Positions 33,220 through 42,161 of a stretch of 64,000 nt of DNA are shown here, in pieces. Position 1 is the first letter of the stretch, and every line of letters begins with the position of its first letter. The stretch comes from Gammaproteobacteria bacterium (lineage in GTDB: Bacteria; Pseudomonadota; Gammaproteobacteria; Eutrophobiales; Eutrophobiaceae). A program made the translations under genes and the position numbers. The notes below the pieces were generated by a model that did no database searches, had not been told where the DNA came from, and was given only the letters and a program-made list of their open reading frames with translations. The DNA lies in assembly GCA_965116495.1 (NCBI GenBank), contig OZ220696.1, positions 608,001 to 672,000 of the forward strand, written 5' to 3'.

Positions 33220-33355
33220 AATTCCTGAGTCCCAATCCCCACCTCGTAATTCCAAATACCTAATCCGTAATTCCCAATTCCTAATTCCTAATTCCCAATT
33301 CCTAATTCCCAATTCCTAATTCCCAATTCCTAATTCCCAATTCCTAATTCCCAAT
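33220..33355. repeat. Heptamer tandem array (AATTCCY)n
   Basis: 12 perfect AATTCC[C/T] units at 33269-33352, preceded by 7 mostly degenerate in-phase units from 33220. Confidence 0.93.
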
Positions 33356-34261
33356 ATCATAGGGGTGTGTCGCAATCCAGTGTCTGGCAATATCAATCCG
33401 CCGGGTGACCCACACGTCGTCATGCTTCATGACATAGTCGAGAAACCATTCGAGGCCGGGGATACGGGCAGGATGGCCGATGACCCGAAGGTGAAGGCCG
33501 ATCGACATCATTTTCGGATGTGTCTCACCCTCCCGGTACATGACGTCGAAACAGTCCTGGAGATAATCGCTGAATTCGCGCGCCGTGGAAAATGAACCCA
33601 GGGCAAACTTGGCGTCATTGTTACTCAGGGTATAAGGGACAACCAGGTGCGGGTGTCCGTTTACCTGTACCCAGTAGGGCAGGTCATCGTTATACGCATC
33701 GGAGTCATAAAGAAAGTTTCCCTCCTCAACAATCAGTCGTCTTGTATTGACGCTCGGGCCGTAACGGCAATACCAGCCGTAAGGTCTTTCCCCAACAGTT
33801 TTTTCCAATGACCTTATGGCCCGGTGAATATGCTCGCGTTCCTCTTCTATATCGAGATCGAAATGATTTTCCCAGCGCCAGCCATGACAACAGACATCGT
33901 AGTCAGCCTTTTTTATCGCTTCAGCGGCAGGAGGATGACGTTCCAGCGCCAAGGCACAGCCAAATACCGTTAACGGCAGGTTTCGCTCCTGAAACAGGCG
34001 CAATACCCGCCAGAACCCGACCCGGGAGCCGTATTCGTACATGGATTCCGCTGCCAGGTCCCGCCCTTTGAGACCGGGATCGTAGCCGCCGACTTCCGTC
34101 AGGGCGCTGTCTGAACGGGCATCGCCGTCCGGTATTGAATTCTCCGATCCTTCTTCGTAATTCAGAACAAAATTAAGCGCAAGCCGCGCACCGTTCGGCC
34201 AGGCCGGATCCGGCGGGGTTGCGCCGTAACCAATCAGGTCTCTTTCTGATGAGTAAGCCAC
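33344..34261 (-). CDS. puuE: Allantoinase PuuE (polysaccharide deacetylase fold)
   Basis: RDLIGYG...WPNGARLALNFVLNYEEGSE, ESMYEYGSRVGFWR, CHGWRW, KMMSIGLHLR, IARHW. Confidence 0.88.
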   Translation of the reverse strand: MAYSSERDLIGYGATPPDPAWPNGARLALNFVLNYEEGSENSIPDGDARSDSALTEVGGYDPGLKGRDLAAESMYEYGSRVGFWRVLRLFQERNLPLTVFGCALALERHPPAAEAIKKADYDVCCHGWRWENHFDLDIEEEREHIHRAIRSLEKTVGERPYGWYCRYGPSVNTRRLIVEEGNFLYDSDAYNDDLPYWVQVNGHPHLVVPYTLSNNDAKFALGSFSTAREFSDYLQDCFDVMYREGETHPKMMSIGLHLRVIGHPARIPGLEWFLDYVMKHDDVWVTRRIDIARHWIATHPYDIGN

Positions 34262-34281
34262 TATGAATCCATCTGCTTATG

Positions 34282-34785
34282 CTATTCCGCCATGTCAGCG
34301 GGCAGCACGACTTCAAACGGCGTATCGATATCCAGAAACTCTTCGTCGCCGCTGCTGCCATCGCACCACATCAAAACAGCCATTACGGCTGTTTCATCGA
34401 GTACGGTCATACCATGATGCCAGACACCGCGCCGGTATGTAATACCCTGGTCGCGCTCAGCCACAAAGGCCCTGACACCGGCCAGGTCCGGACCGCCAGC
34501 GCCACTGTCAGGTGCGACGACGACAAAATACCTGGATGCCTTCAATGGTAAAAACGTCTGACTTGAAAACGGGTGGCGTTCCATCACGGTCGCATGCAGG
34601 GGCAGCTTGTCGACAGGTTTTATCGTGGCGAGGGAGAGATCGACCCGTGCGCCGCTGCGGGTGTTTTCAAGCCGCTCATTGAAGAATTCACGGACGCCTT
34701 CATGCGGCCTGTGAATTACCTCTCCGAATTCGGAAAAACCATCCTTGTTCAATGGCTCGGCAATGATTTTCGGTATGCTGGTCAT
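34282..34785 (-). CDS. allA: Ureidoglycolate lyase
   Basis: MERHPFSSQTFLP, QGITYRRGVWHH. Confidence 0.88.
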   Translation of the reverse strand: MTSIPKIIAEPLNKDGFSEFGEVIHRPHEGVREFFNERLENTRSGARVDLSLATIKPVDKLPLHATVMERHPFSSQTFLPLKASRYFVVVAPDSGAGGPDLAGVRAFVAERDQGITYRRGVWHHGMTVLDETAVMAVLMWCDGSSGDEEFLDIDTPFEVVLPADMAE

Positions 34786-34794
34786 TTTCAGTAG

Positions 34795-36594
34795 TTAGTC
34801 CGCCGTACCCCGGAGACTCTTTGTCCGGTCAAGATCCAGCGTGTCCGTCGCCGTGATCACCACACCGTATTTGTCCCGGGCTTCATTTCGGGAAATATAG
34901 CCATCCAGGTAATCATTAAGGACCTGGTTTGCATCGCGCTCATAAGGATTGCCATAACCGCCACCCGAGCCGCCTATGGCAATGAATCTGTCACCTGCCG
35001 ACGCAGGCCGGGTTTGCAACATTGACGGCAGGTTGATTTGTTCGCCGTTGTTTTGTTTCAGTATCAATTCTGACGATACGCCATTACTGCCTCCGTCAAA
35101 ACCCCAGCCCTGCTGGGAATGACCGTCGCCTTCGGCGCTGACCGAGCCATCCGCCAGAAATTCCACCTCCTTGATCATGCCAAGCCCGCCGCGCCACTTG
35201 CCGGCGGGACAGGCCTTGTCCCTTAATTGGTACTGGTTGACCCGTAACGGCACATGGGTTTCGATATCTTCGATTGGATTATTGCGGGTATTGGCATAAA
35301 GGGTGTCCACAGTATCCATGCCGTCCTTGCCAAACCGCCCGCCATAGCTCCCCTCAAATATTTCAATATGCACCCAGTGCCGTTCGCCGCGCAGACCGGA
35401 AAAACCAAGGGCCTTGAGATTGGCTATACCCGCACTGACCTGGTTCGGCAGGACAGGCGCCAGCGCCCGCATCAGTGTATCCGCCAGCACATTGCCTGGA
35501 GAGACACGGGCCATTGTCGGCGCAGGAAAAACCGGATTTGCCAGTGACCCCCTGGGAGCCGTGATATGTATCGGTCGATACAACCCGGCATTCTGCGGTA
35601 TATCGCCATGCACCTCGGTATCGAGCAGGATTGAGCGCAGGGTCAACCAGATGGAAACATCAACCGTTCCTATGAACGGCATATTAATGGCGTGACCCTC
35701 TACCTGTCCAGCCGTACCTGTCAGGTCAACTGTCAATTCAGATCCTGAAACAGTGACCGTAACCTGTATGGGCAGTAATTTTAAATCGGGATCAGAATGA
35801 TCCAGATAACCATCTACCACGCCTGTTGCGGAGTAACTTCCGTCAGGAATTTTCTCTATCTGCGTCCGCATCAATCGCTCGGAATAATCGAACAGGTCTT
35901 CCGCTGCCTCACGCAGTACGTGCAGGCCAAACCGGTCGATGAGTGCAACAAACCGTTCGGCCCCGACACGGCAGGCAGCAATCTGGGCTTCCATGTCTCC
36001 CACTATCAAATCGGGGACTCGGACATTATCCCGTATCAGTTGCCACACGGCGCCGTTGCTGACACCCCCGTCTTCCACCTTTATGGCTTTGAACTGTAAT
36101 CCTTCCGCATAGGCGTCGGCACAGTTGGAAATACCGACACTCCCCGGTTCACATGATCCGATATCGAGATGATGAGCTGTCGTCATTGAGAAGCCGATGA
36201 GTTCCCCGGCATAGAACACGGGCACGCAGAAACCAATATCCGGACTGTGGGAGGCCCCGTTATACGCATCATTGTGTATAATCACATCGCCTTCGCGCAG
36301 GACGTCACCGCGCTCATGTAATTGTTTCAGTATCCCCTGGACATAGCCTGGAATAGGGCCGGACTGCAGCGGCGTACTCTTCTTGCATTCACAAAGCTGC
36401 CGGCCTTGCGCGTCACACAGGGCCGCGCCAAAGTCCTCGGATTCGCGGATGATGCTGGAATAGGACATTCGCATAAGCTTGTATCCCATTTCTATTGCGA
36501 TGTTCTCCAGGGCGCCGTAGATGATACTGGCGGTAACGGGATCTACCCGAGCGGCGCCTGATTGCAGTTTATTTTGCGTGACGGCAACGTTCAT
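34795..36594 (-). CDS. Hydantoinase B / oxoprolinase family protein
   Basis: VDPVTASII, YSSIIRESEDF, HNDAY..ASH.PD, HHLDIG, NNPIEDIE, GGGYGNP; ATG 36594 preferred. Confidence 0.92.
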   Translation of the reverse strand: MNVAVTQNKLQSGAARVDPVTASIIYGALENIAIEMGYKLMRMSYSSIIRESEDFGAALCDAQGRQLCECKKSTPLQSGPIPGYVQGILKQLHERGDVLREGDVIIHNDAYNGASHSPDIGFCVPVFYAGELIGFSMTTAHHLDIGSCEPGSVGISNCADAYAEGLQFKAIKVEDGGVSNGAVWQLIRDNVRVPDLIVGDMEAQIAACRVGAERFVALIDRFGLHVLREAAEDLFDYSERLMRTQIEKIPDGSYSATGVVDGYLDHSDPDLKLLPIQVTVTVSGSELTVDLTGTAGQVEGHAINMPFIGTVDVSIWLTLRSILLDTEVHGDIPQNAGLYRPIHITAPRGSLANPVFPAPTMARVSPGNVLADTLMRALAPVLPNQVSAGIANLKALGFSGLRGERHWVHIEIFEGSYGGRFGKDGMDTVDTLYANTRNNPIEDIETHVPLRVNQYQLRDKACPAGKWRGGLGMIKEVEFLADGSVSAEGDGHSQQGWGFDGGSNGVSSELILKQNNGEQINLPSMLQTRPASAGDRFIAIGGSGGGYGNPYERDANQVLNDYLDGYISRNEARDKYGVVITATDTLDLDRTKSLRGTAD

Positions 36595-36841
36595 CTTGTA
36601 ACTGTAAATTATTTTTGCGCGGGTATGTATGCCCTGATTACCTTGAATCGTGAATACTGTAGCGTATTCGTGGCGCAAGTTGAAGATGAATCCACTTTCA
36701 TTTAAGATGATTGCCTGCTATCCATGCCGGCCAATCAGCTTATCAACTTGAATCATCAGCGAAAAAAGACCTTGAGGTAAAACGGAAACCGGAACAGTAT
36801 GGTGCGGGTTGAGACACACTTTAGGAGGAACACCAGCGAAC

Positions 36842-38920
36842 ATGAAAGTCATCGGTGTTGATGTCGGCGGTACATTTACGGATATTGTCCTGACCGATTC
36901 GGCCACCAGCGAAATTGCAATTCACAAGATCGCCAGTACCCCAGGTGACTCCTCCATAGCCGTCATCCAGGGAATTGCCGAAATATGCGAACGCAACGAC
37001 GTTGCCCACGAAGATATTGAGCATGTGTTCCACGGTACAACAGTCTCCACAAATGCGGTGCTGCAGTACCAGGGTGTGCAGGCCGGCATGATAACGACGG
37101 CCGGTTTCCGCGATATTATTCATATCGGTCGTCACCAGCGACCGCAACACTATTCAATAATGCAGGACATACCCTGGCAGGCAAGACCGTTAATCAAGCG
37201 GCGTTTTCGCAAGACTGTTACCGAACGGCTGACTCCTCCGAACGGCGAAGTACTGGTGCCGCTGAATGAGGGCGAGGTCAGGCAGGCCGCGCTTGAATTA
37301 CATGATGCGGGCATTAATTCTATCGCGATCTGTTTTCTGTTCTCTTATCTCAACCCGGAGCACGAGGAGCGCGCCAGAACCATTGTAAAAGAACAGTGCC
37401 CGGATGCCTTTGTCACTACCTCCAGCGAAGTTTCACCCCAGTTCCGTGAATTCGAGCGTTTTACAACGGCTGCCATGAATGCATTTATCGGACCGTTGGT
37501 GCATAAATACATCGATAACCTTGAACAGGCGCTGAATGCAGAGAAAATCAGGGCAGAGTTGCATATCATGCGTTCGAACGGGGGTGTCGCAACCGCGAAA
37601 ACGATCTCGCGAATACCCGTAAATACCATGATGTCCGGCCTCGCCGCCGGTGTTCTGGGGGGAGCCTGGGTCGGAGAACTGGCACAGCGGAAAAACGTTA
37701 TTACATTTGATGTCGGCGGCACCAGCGCAGATATCGGCGTTGTTACGGATGGTGCATTTGCCGAGGCTTCAGCACGGGATACATTCATTGGCGGGTATCC
37801 GATTATGGTCCCAATGGTCGACGTCCATACCATCGGCGCCGGTGGTGGTTCCATCGCATGCCTAGATGATGGCGGGGCATTCAGGGTAGGCCCGCAAAGC
37901 GCCGGTGCAATACCTGGTCCGGCCGCATACGCCCAAGGCGGCACTGAGGCTACCGTCACCGATGCAAACCTGGTATTGGGCAGATTGGATAAAGGAAACT
38001 TTCTTGGTGGCGCCATGGAACTGGATGCCGGGGCGGCGACGGAAGCAGTACGGCGCATGGCGAACCGCCTGGGGATCCCGCTGCTGGATGCCGCCGAAGG
38101 AATTACCACCCTGCTTAATTCCAACATGGCGAATGCCATTCGCGCCCGTACCGTACAAAAAGGAATCGACCCGCGTGATTATGCGCTTGTTGCCTCCGGT
38201 GGGGCCGGCCCTTTGCATGGCACAGAGGTTGCCCGAATCCTGGAAATACCGGAAGTCATCGTACCTCCCTATCCCGGAATAAACTCTGCCATGGGTTTAT
38301 TAACCACGGATTTGAAATACGACATCATTCAAACATCATTCCTGTTGTCTACCGCGATTGACTTTCAACGTTTGAACAGCGGATTTTCAGATATGGAAGC
38401 GCAACTGCGCAACCAGTTTGAAGCCGACAACATCGACCCGGATGCGGCGCGTTACCTGCGCTATACGGACATTCATTATGTTGGTCAAGGATACGAATTA
38501 CGTGTGCCGGTGCCGGGTGGTGAAGTGAATGAAGAAGCCATCCAGGAAACGCTGGCAGCATTTCATGCTTTACACCACAGTGAATATGGCCACAGTTTTC
38601 CGGACAGCCCGGTAGAGTTCGTCAATATAAGGGTTACGGGGATCGGCCCAATGCCGAAGATCGGAACACCAACGGTGGCATCCGGCGGGTCTCTGGACAA
38701 GGCCCTGGTCAAGCGCGGCATGACTGTGTTTCGGCTTGAAGAACACCTGGATGAGTATGAAACAGCTTTCTACAGGCGCCCCGATCTGCCGTTAAATACC
38801 AGGATTACCGGCCCCGCCATCATTCTGCAGACTGATTCGACTACTGTCGTGCCACCGGATTGTTCCATAACGGCAGCCTCTTCCGGCATCCTTGTAATAG
38901 ATGTCGGGAGAAATCAATAA
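36842..38920 (+). CDS. Hydantoinase A / oxoprolinase family protein (ATP-binding subunit)
   Basis: IGVDVGGTFTD, HGTTVSTNA, DVGGTSAD, IGAGGGSIA, GGAGPLH; ATG 36842 with AGGAGG RBS. Confidence 0.93.
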   Translation: MKVIGVDVGGTFTDIVLTDSATSEIAIHKIASTPGDSSIAVIQGIAEICERNDVAHEDIEHVFHGTTVSTNAVLQYQGVQAGMITTAGFRDIIHIGRHQRPQHYSIMQDIPWQARPLIKRRFRKTVTERLTPPNGEVLVPLNEGEVRQAALELHDAGINSIAICFLFSYLNPEHEERARTIVKEQCPDAFVTTSSEVSPQFREFERFTTAAMNAFIGPLVHKYIDNLEQALNAEKIRAELHIMRSNGGVATAKTISRIPVNTMMSGLAAGVLGGAWVGELAQRKNVITFDVGGTSADIGVVTDGAFAEASARDTFIGGYPIMVPMVDVHTIGAGGGSIACLDDGGAFRVGPQSAGAIPGPAAYAQGGTEATVTDANLVLGRLDKGNFLGGAMELDAGAATEAVRRMANRLGIPLLDAAEGITTLLNSNMANAIRARTVQKGIDPRDYALVASGGAGPLHGTEVARILEIPEVIVPPYPGINSAMGLLTTDLKYDIIQTSFLLSTAIDFQRLNSGFSDMEAQLRNQFEADNIDPDAARYLRYTDIHYVGQGYELRVPVPGGEVNEEAIQETLAAFHALHHSEYGHSFPDSPVEFVNIRVTGIGPMPKIGTPTVASGGSLDKALVKRGMTVFRLEEHLDEYETAFYRRPDLPLNTRITGPAIILQTDSTTVVPPDCSITAASSGILVIDVGRNQ

Positions 38921-38935
38921 CGCCGGATAACCGCA

Positions 38936-38964
38936 CTCCTGCCATACAGGGCAGGGGCTTTATT
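38936..38964 (+). terminator. Probable intrinsic terminator
   Basis: CTCCTGCC-ATACAG-GGCAGGGG followed by CTTTATT. Confidence 0.55.
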
Positions 38965-39016
38965 ATTGTGCCGTAGTTGTGAAGACCTGCTTTCGTCACC
39001 GGCCTTGCCCAATGGT

Positions 39017-39439
39017 TTAAATGAGTCCGAGAAAAGGCAGTAAAATCAACAAGCCGGTCAATATCCCCATCACGCCAAAAAACTTCTGCCCCTGTTTGAA
39101 GAATATAACTGACGCAGCAAATGAAGCGGGTACAACTGAAAATATACCGAAAACAATGCCGGACATGGCCAATGAGTCGGCGTTCCATAATTGATACAGG
39201 TACCAGTGAGCGTCGGGTAGTTGCCCGGTGGAATTGAGCCAGATTTCTGCGGCCCCCTTTCCGTCCCAGATGGAATTGAACAGGTAAGCCGGCTCGATCA
39301 AGCCGGGCATGCCCAGAAATGCACACGTCGTACTGATAATGACCAGGAATGATGCAACAATCGTGCACCAATACACGATCTCACCGTAAATTCTGGCTAT
39401 CGGTGACTGCTGGACTGGTGGTTGACCGGGTTCGTGCAT
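39017..39439 (-). CDS. Small three-TM membrane protein (DUF1634-like partner of TauE)
   Basis: Hydrophobic profile; directly downstream of the TauE gene. Confidence 0.6.
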   Translation of the reverse strand: MHEPGQPPVQQSPIARIYGEIVYWCTIVASFLVIISTTCAFLGMPGLIEPAYLFNSIWDGKGAAEIWLNSTGQLPDAHWYLYQLWNADSLAMSGIVFGIFSVVPASFAASVIFFKQGQKFFGVMGILTGLLILLPFLGLI

Positions 39440-39448
39440 AGGTTGCTT

Positions 39449-40486
39449 TCAAATAAAGGGAATTTGAAACATGAATACGCCTTCCAAGCCCCTGACGATC
39501 AATTTCAAACCGGTCAATAACAGCAACGCGATTAACAGTATCCTCACAAAACCGGCGCGCACGATGCTGAGAATATATGCGCCAATAATGCCGCCGATAA
39601 CCTGGCCCAGCATCCAGGGTGCGACAAACAGGGGAATGAGCGCACCAGCGGCGATATAAGGCCAGATGGCCGCGGCGTTACCCAGGGCAAGCAACACACC
39701 GCTGCAACCTGCGGACAGTTTCAGGGGCACGTACATCAACAGGTTGAATATGGGCACCACGGACCAACCCCCACCCAGTCCGAAGAACCCACCGACAAAG
39801 CCGACCAGTACCAGCAGCAGCAGCCCGTAGCGGCCGCGTCTGATTTTGTAGTCAACTTTTCTGTTAAGCGAGGCATCCCAGTAAGAACCTGACAGGCCCA
39901 GACCTTTAGCCAGTGGGCCCTCATTTTCGTTGACCGGGTATTCGCTGTGTTTGCCGCTGAGAATAAACAGGCCGGCAATGCCGAGAATGAGCAACCCCAG
40001 GCTCAACCTGACGAATGCATCGCCGGTCTCGCCAAATTGACGGGACAGGTGGACAGCGCTGTAGGCGCCTGACAACGACCCCAGGATAATGGGAACGGCG
40101 CCGAAAAACACCAGCTTGATGTCAACCAGACCGCGGCGCAACAGCGGCCTGGCTGAAATCAGTCCGCTGAACATCGCCACGACCAGCCCTGTGGCACGTA
40201 CGATGAGAGTATCGACAGATGTAAATCCCAGGATAATGGGGGTGAAAATCACCCCGCCGCCGACACCGCCCAGCACTGCAACTATTGCAATCAGCACACT
40301 GAAAACAAACGAACCGAACATTCCCAGTATGATCAGACCGCCATGAAATTCGCCGCTATCTGCTATGTTGGAAAATACTGCAATAACAACATAGGAAAGC
40401 AGCGTTAACAATACCAGGAGGGTAAGCTCCGGCGCCCATAGTTGAACTGGTTTTTTACTGCCTGCTTCCTGGAGTGAGGTGTTCAT
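39449..40486 (-). CDS. TauE/SafE family sulfite exporter
   Basis: GVGGGVIFTP and FGLGGGWSVVP repeats; multiple TM segments. Confidence 0.88.
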   Translation of the reverse strand: MNTSLQEAGSKKPVQLWAPELTLLVLLTLLSYVVIAVFSNIADSGEFHGGLIILGMFGSFVFSVLIAIVAVLGGVGGGVIFTPIILGFTSVDTLIVRATGLVVAMFSGLISARPLLRRGLVDIKLVFFGAVPIILGSLSGAYSAVHLSRQFGETGDAFVRLSLGLLILGIAGLFILSGKHSEYPVNENEGPLAKGLGLSGSYWDASLNRKVDYKIRRGRYGLLLLVLVGFVGGFFGLGGGWSVVPIFNLLMYVPLKLSAGCSGVLLALGNAAAIWPYIAAGALIPLFVAPWMLGQVIGGIIGAYILSIVRAGFVRILLIALLLLTGLKLIVRGLEGVFMFQIPFI

Positions 40487-40495
40487 TAAACGGTA

Positions 40496-41428
40496 TCAGT
40501 AATAGAGCATCACTGTGTGTTTTGCTTCTGCGAAGAATAACCAGCGCTCGATCAAAATTCCGAAAAGCATGACTGAAACTGCGATTGTCACGCCGGCCAG
40601 GCGCAGCGCGGGAATATCCACAATACTCAGCCCAAGTAATACCAGGGGTGTTATAAAACCCAGGGTCACTGCTAGTCGTCGCAGTTTTGCAGAATGTCTG
40701 CGTGCAATTTCATAACCCATTTCCTGCATGAGATAGTTTTGCCGGGTGTGGGGTGATTGCAGCAGTTGCACTTTGCCGAACCGCCCCAGTCCGGTTGCTG
40801 ATTCGGAAGAACTAATCGATGGCGCGTGATCGATATGGGACCAGTATTTTATCTTGAGCAGGCAGGCGCTGATGATGGTTGTGCAGGCGAAGCCTGTTGC
40901 CCACACCTGGTAATAACCGGACCACGCCAGCAGGGCGACGTAAATTGTAGCGCCGGACATTAATGCGAACGTTATGTAAACGGGCGCTACCCATTGATTG
41001 TTCCATGCACTGATCGTTTTCAATGAAGCATAGATCATTGCAGTGGTGAACACAGTTGCCAGGCAAAACGCTGTTGTTACCATCCCGGATATGCCCTGTA
41101 TCAAGCCCGGTCTTTCCATGATGATCCATTCATACGCGAAGAGTATAGCCGGGAAAAAGGTAAGGATTGCGAATATGCCTTCCCGGCTCAGCCATGAAGA
41201 GCGCCACTGGCTTAATGCGCGCCAGGCGCGTTCCGGATGGCCCAGGTGAAATGTCGAGAAAAGCAATCCGACCGTGATCAGGACCAGTGCCGTAGCAACG
41301 CCGTACAGGCCGAAACCGGCATGGTGCGGGACGAACCTAAGCACAACACCGGTACCGAGCAAACCGAGCAACCCATAGCCAGCGCCGGTCAGCGTAGTAA
41401 AGAAAATAACAGAAAATGCGGGATGCAT
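40496..41428 (-). CDS. soeC: Sulfite dehydrogenase membrane anchor (DmsC family)
   Basis: MHPAFSVIFFTT..GAGYG, HLGHPERAWRALSQWRSSWLSRE, ERWLFFAEAKHTVMLYY. Confidence 0.88.
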   Translation of the reverse strand: MHPAFSVIFFTTLTGAGYGLLGLLGTGVVLRFVPHHAGFGLYGVATALVLITVGLLFSTFHLGHPERAWRALSQWRSSWLSREGIFAILTFFPAILFAYEWIIMERPGLIQGISGMVTTAFCLATVFTTAMIYASLKTISAWNNQWVAPVYITFALMSGATIYVALLAWSGYYQVWATGFACTTIISACLLKIKYWSHIDHAPSISSSESATGLGRFGKVQLLQSPHTRQNYLMQEMGYEIARRHSAKLRRLAVTLGFITPLVLLGLSIVDIPALRLAGVTIAVSVMLFGILIERWLFFAEAKHTVMLYY

Positions 41429-41429
41429 G

Positions 41430-42161
41430 TCAGCGGCTGAGGGCCTTGTCCAGCCATCGTAAAACGGCGTTTTCAATATCAGTGACCCGGGGGGCAAGTG
41501 TGGCAGGTTTGCCTTTTTTTCCCTTTCGGGGCGGCAGATACTTGTTAACCGGTTTACAATCCTGCTCCGGCATCAGGTCATAGCCTTGCCGGGATGCAAC
41601 CAGTTTCGCCGCCCCGGAATCCGGATCAGCCAGGTCACCGAAACTCCTGGCCCCGGTAGGGCAGGCGGCAACGCAAGCGGGCACCCGGTCGTGTTCCGGC
41701 AGGTTTTCGTTGTAAATTTTATCTACACACAGCGTGCACTTTTTCATGACTCCGTCTGCTTGATCATATTCCCTGGCGCCGTACGGGCATGCCCAGGAAC
41801 ATAACTTGCAACCGATGCAGGTATCCGGATTAACCAGTACTATGCCGTCTTCTTCCCGTTTATAGGAGGCCCCGGTCGGACATACTGTTACACAGGGGGC
41901 GTCATCACAATGCAGGCACGACCTGGGAAAGTGTACCGTAATCGATTCCCCTTGCTCATTTTCCACTTCATAGGCATGCACCCGGTTGAACCAGACGCCG
42001 GATGGGTCGGCGCCGTAGGGATCGGTATCGGTGGGCGGCGCTGGATTACCGTTGCTGTTCCATGCTTTACAACTGGTGGCACAGGCATGGCAACCGACAC
42101 AGGTATCGAGATCGATCACCAGGCCGAGTTTTTTTCCGGTGGGCCCGGGCAAGCAGGTCAT
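41430..42161 (-). CDS. soeB: Sulfite dehydrogenase Fe-S subunit
   Basis: LGLVIDLDTCVGCHACATSCK and four 4Fe-4S Cys clusters. Confidence 0.9.
   Translation of the reverse strand: MTCLPGPTGKKLGLVIDLDTCVGCHACATSCKAWNSNGNPAPPTDTDPYGADPSGVWFNRVHAYEVENEQGESITVHFPRSCLHCDDAPCVTVCPTGASYKREEDGIVLVNPDTCIGCKLCSWACPYGAREYDQADGVMKKCTLCVDKIYNENLPEHDRVPACVAACPTGARSFGDLADPDSGAAKLVASRQGYDLMPEQDCKPVNKYLPPRKGKKGKPATLAPRVTDIENAVLRWLDKALSR

Noticed and set aside
33220-33355. Heptamer array as CRISPR or coding repeat
   Set aside because: No spacers, and stop codons recur on the coding strand
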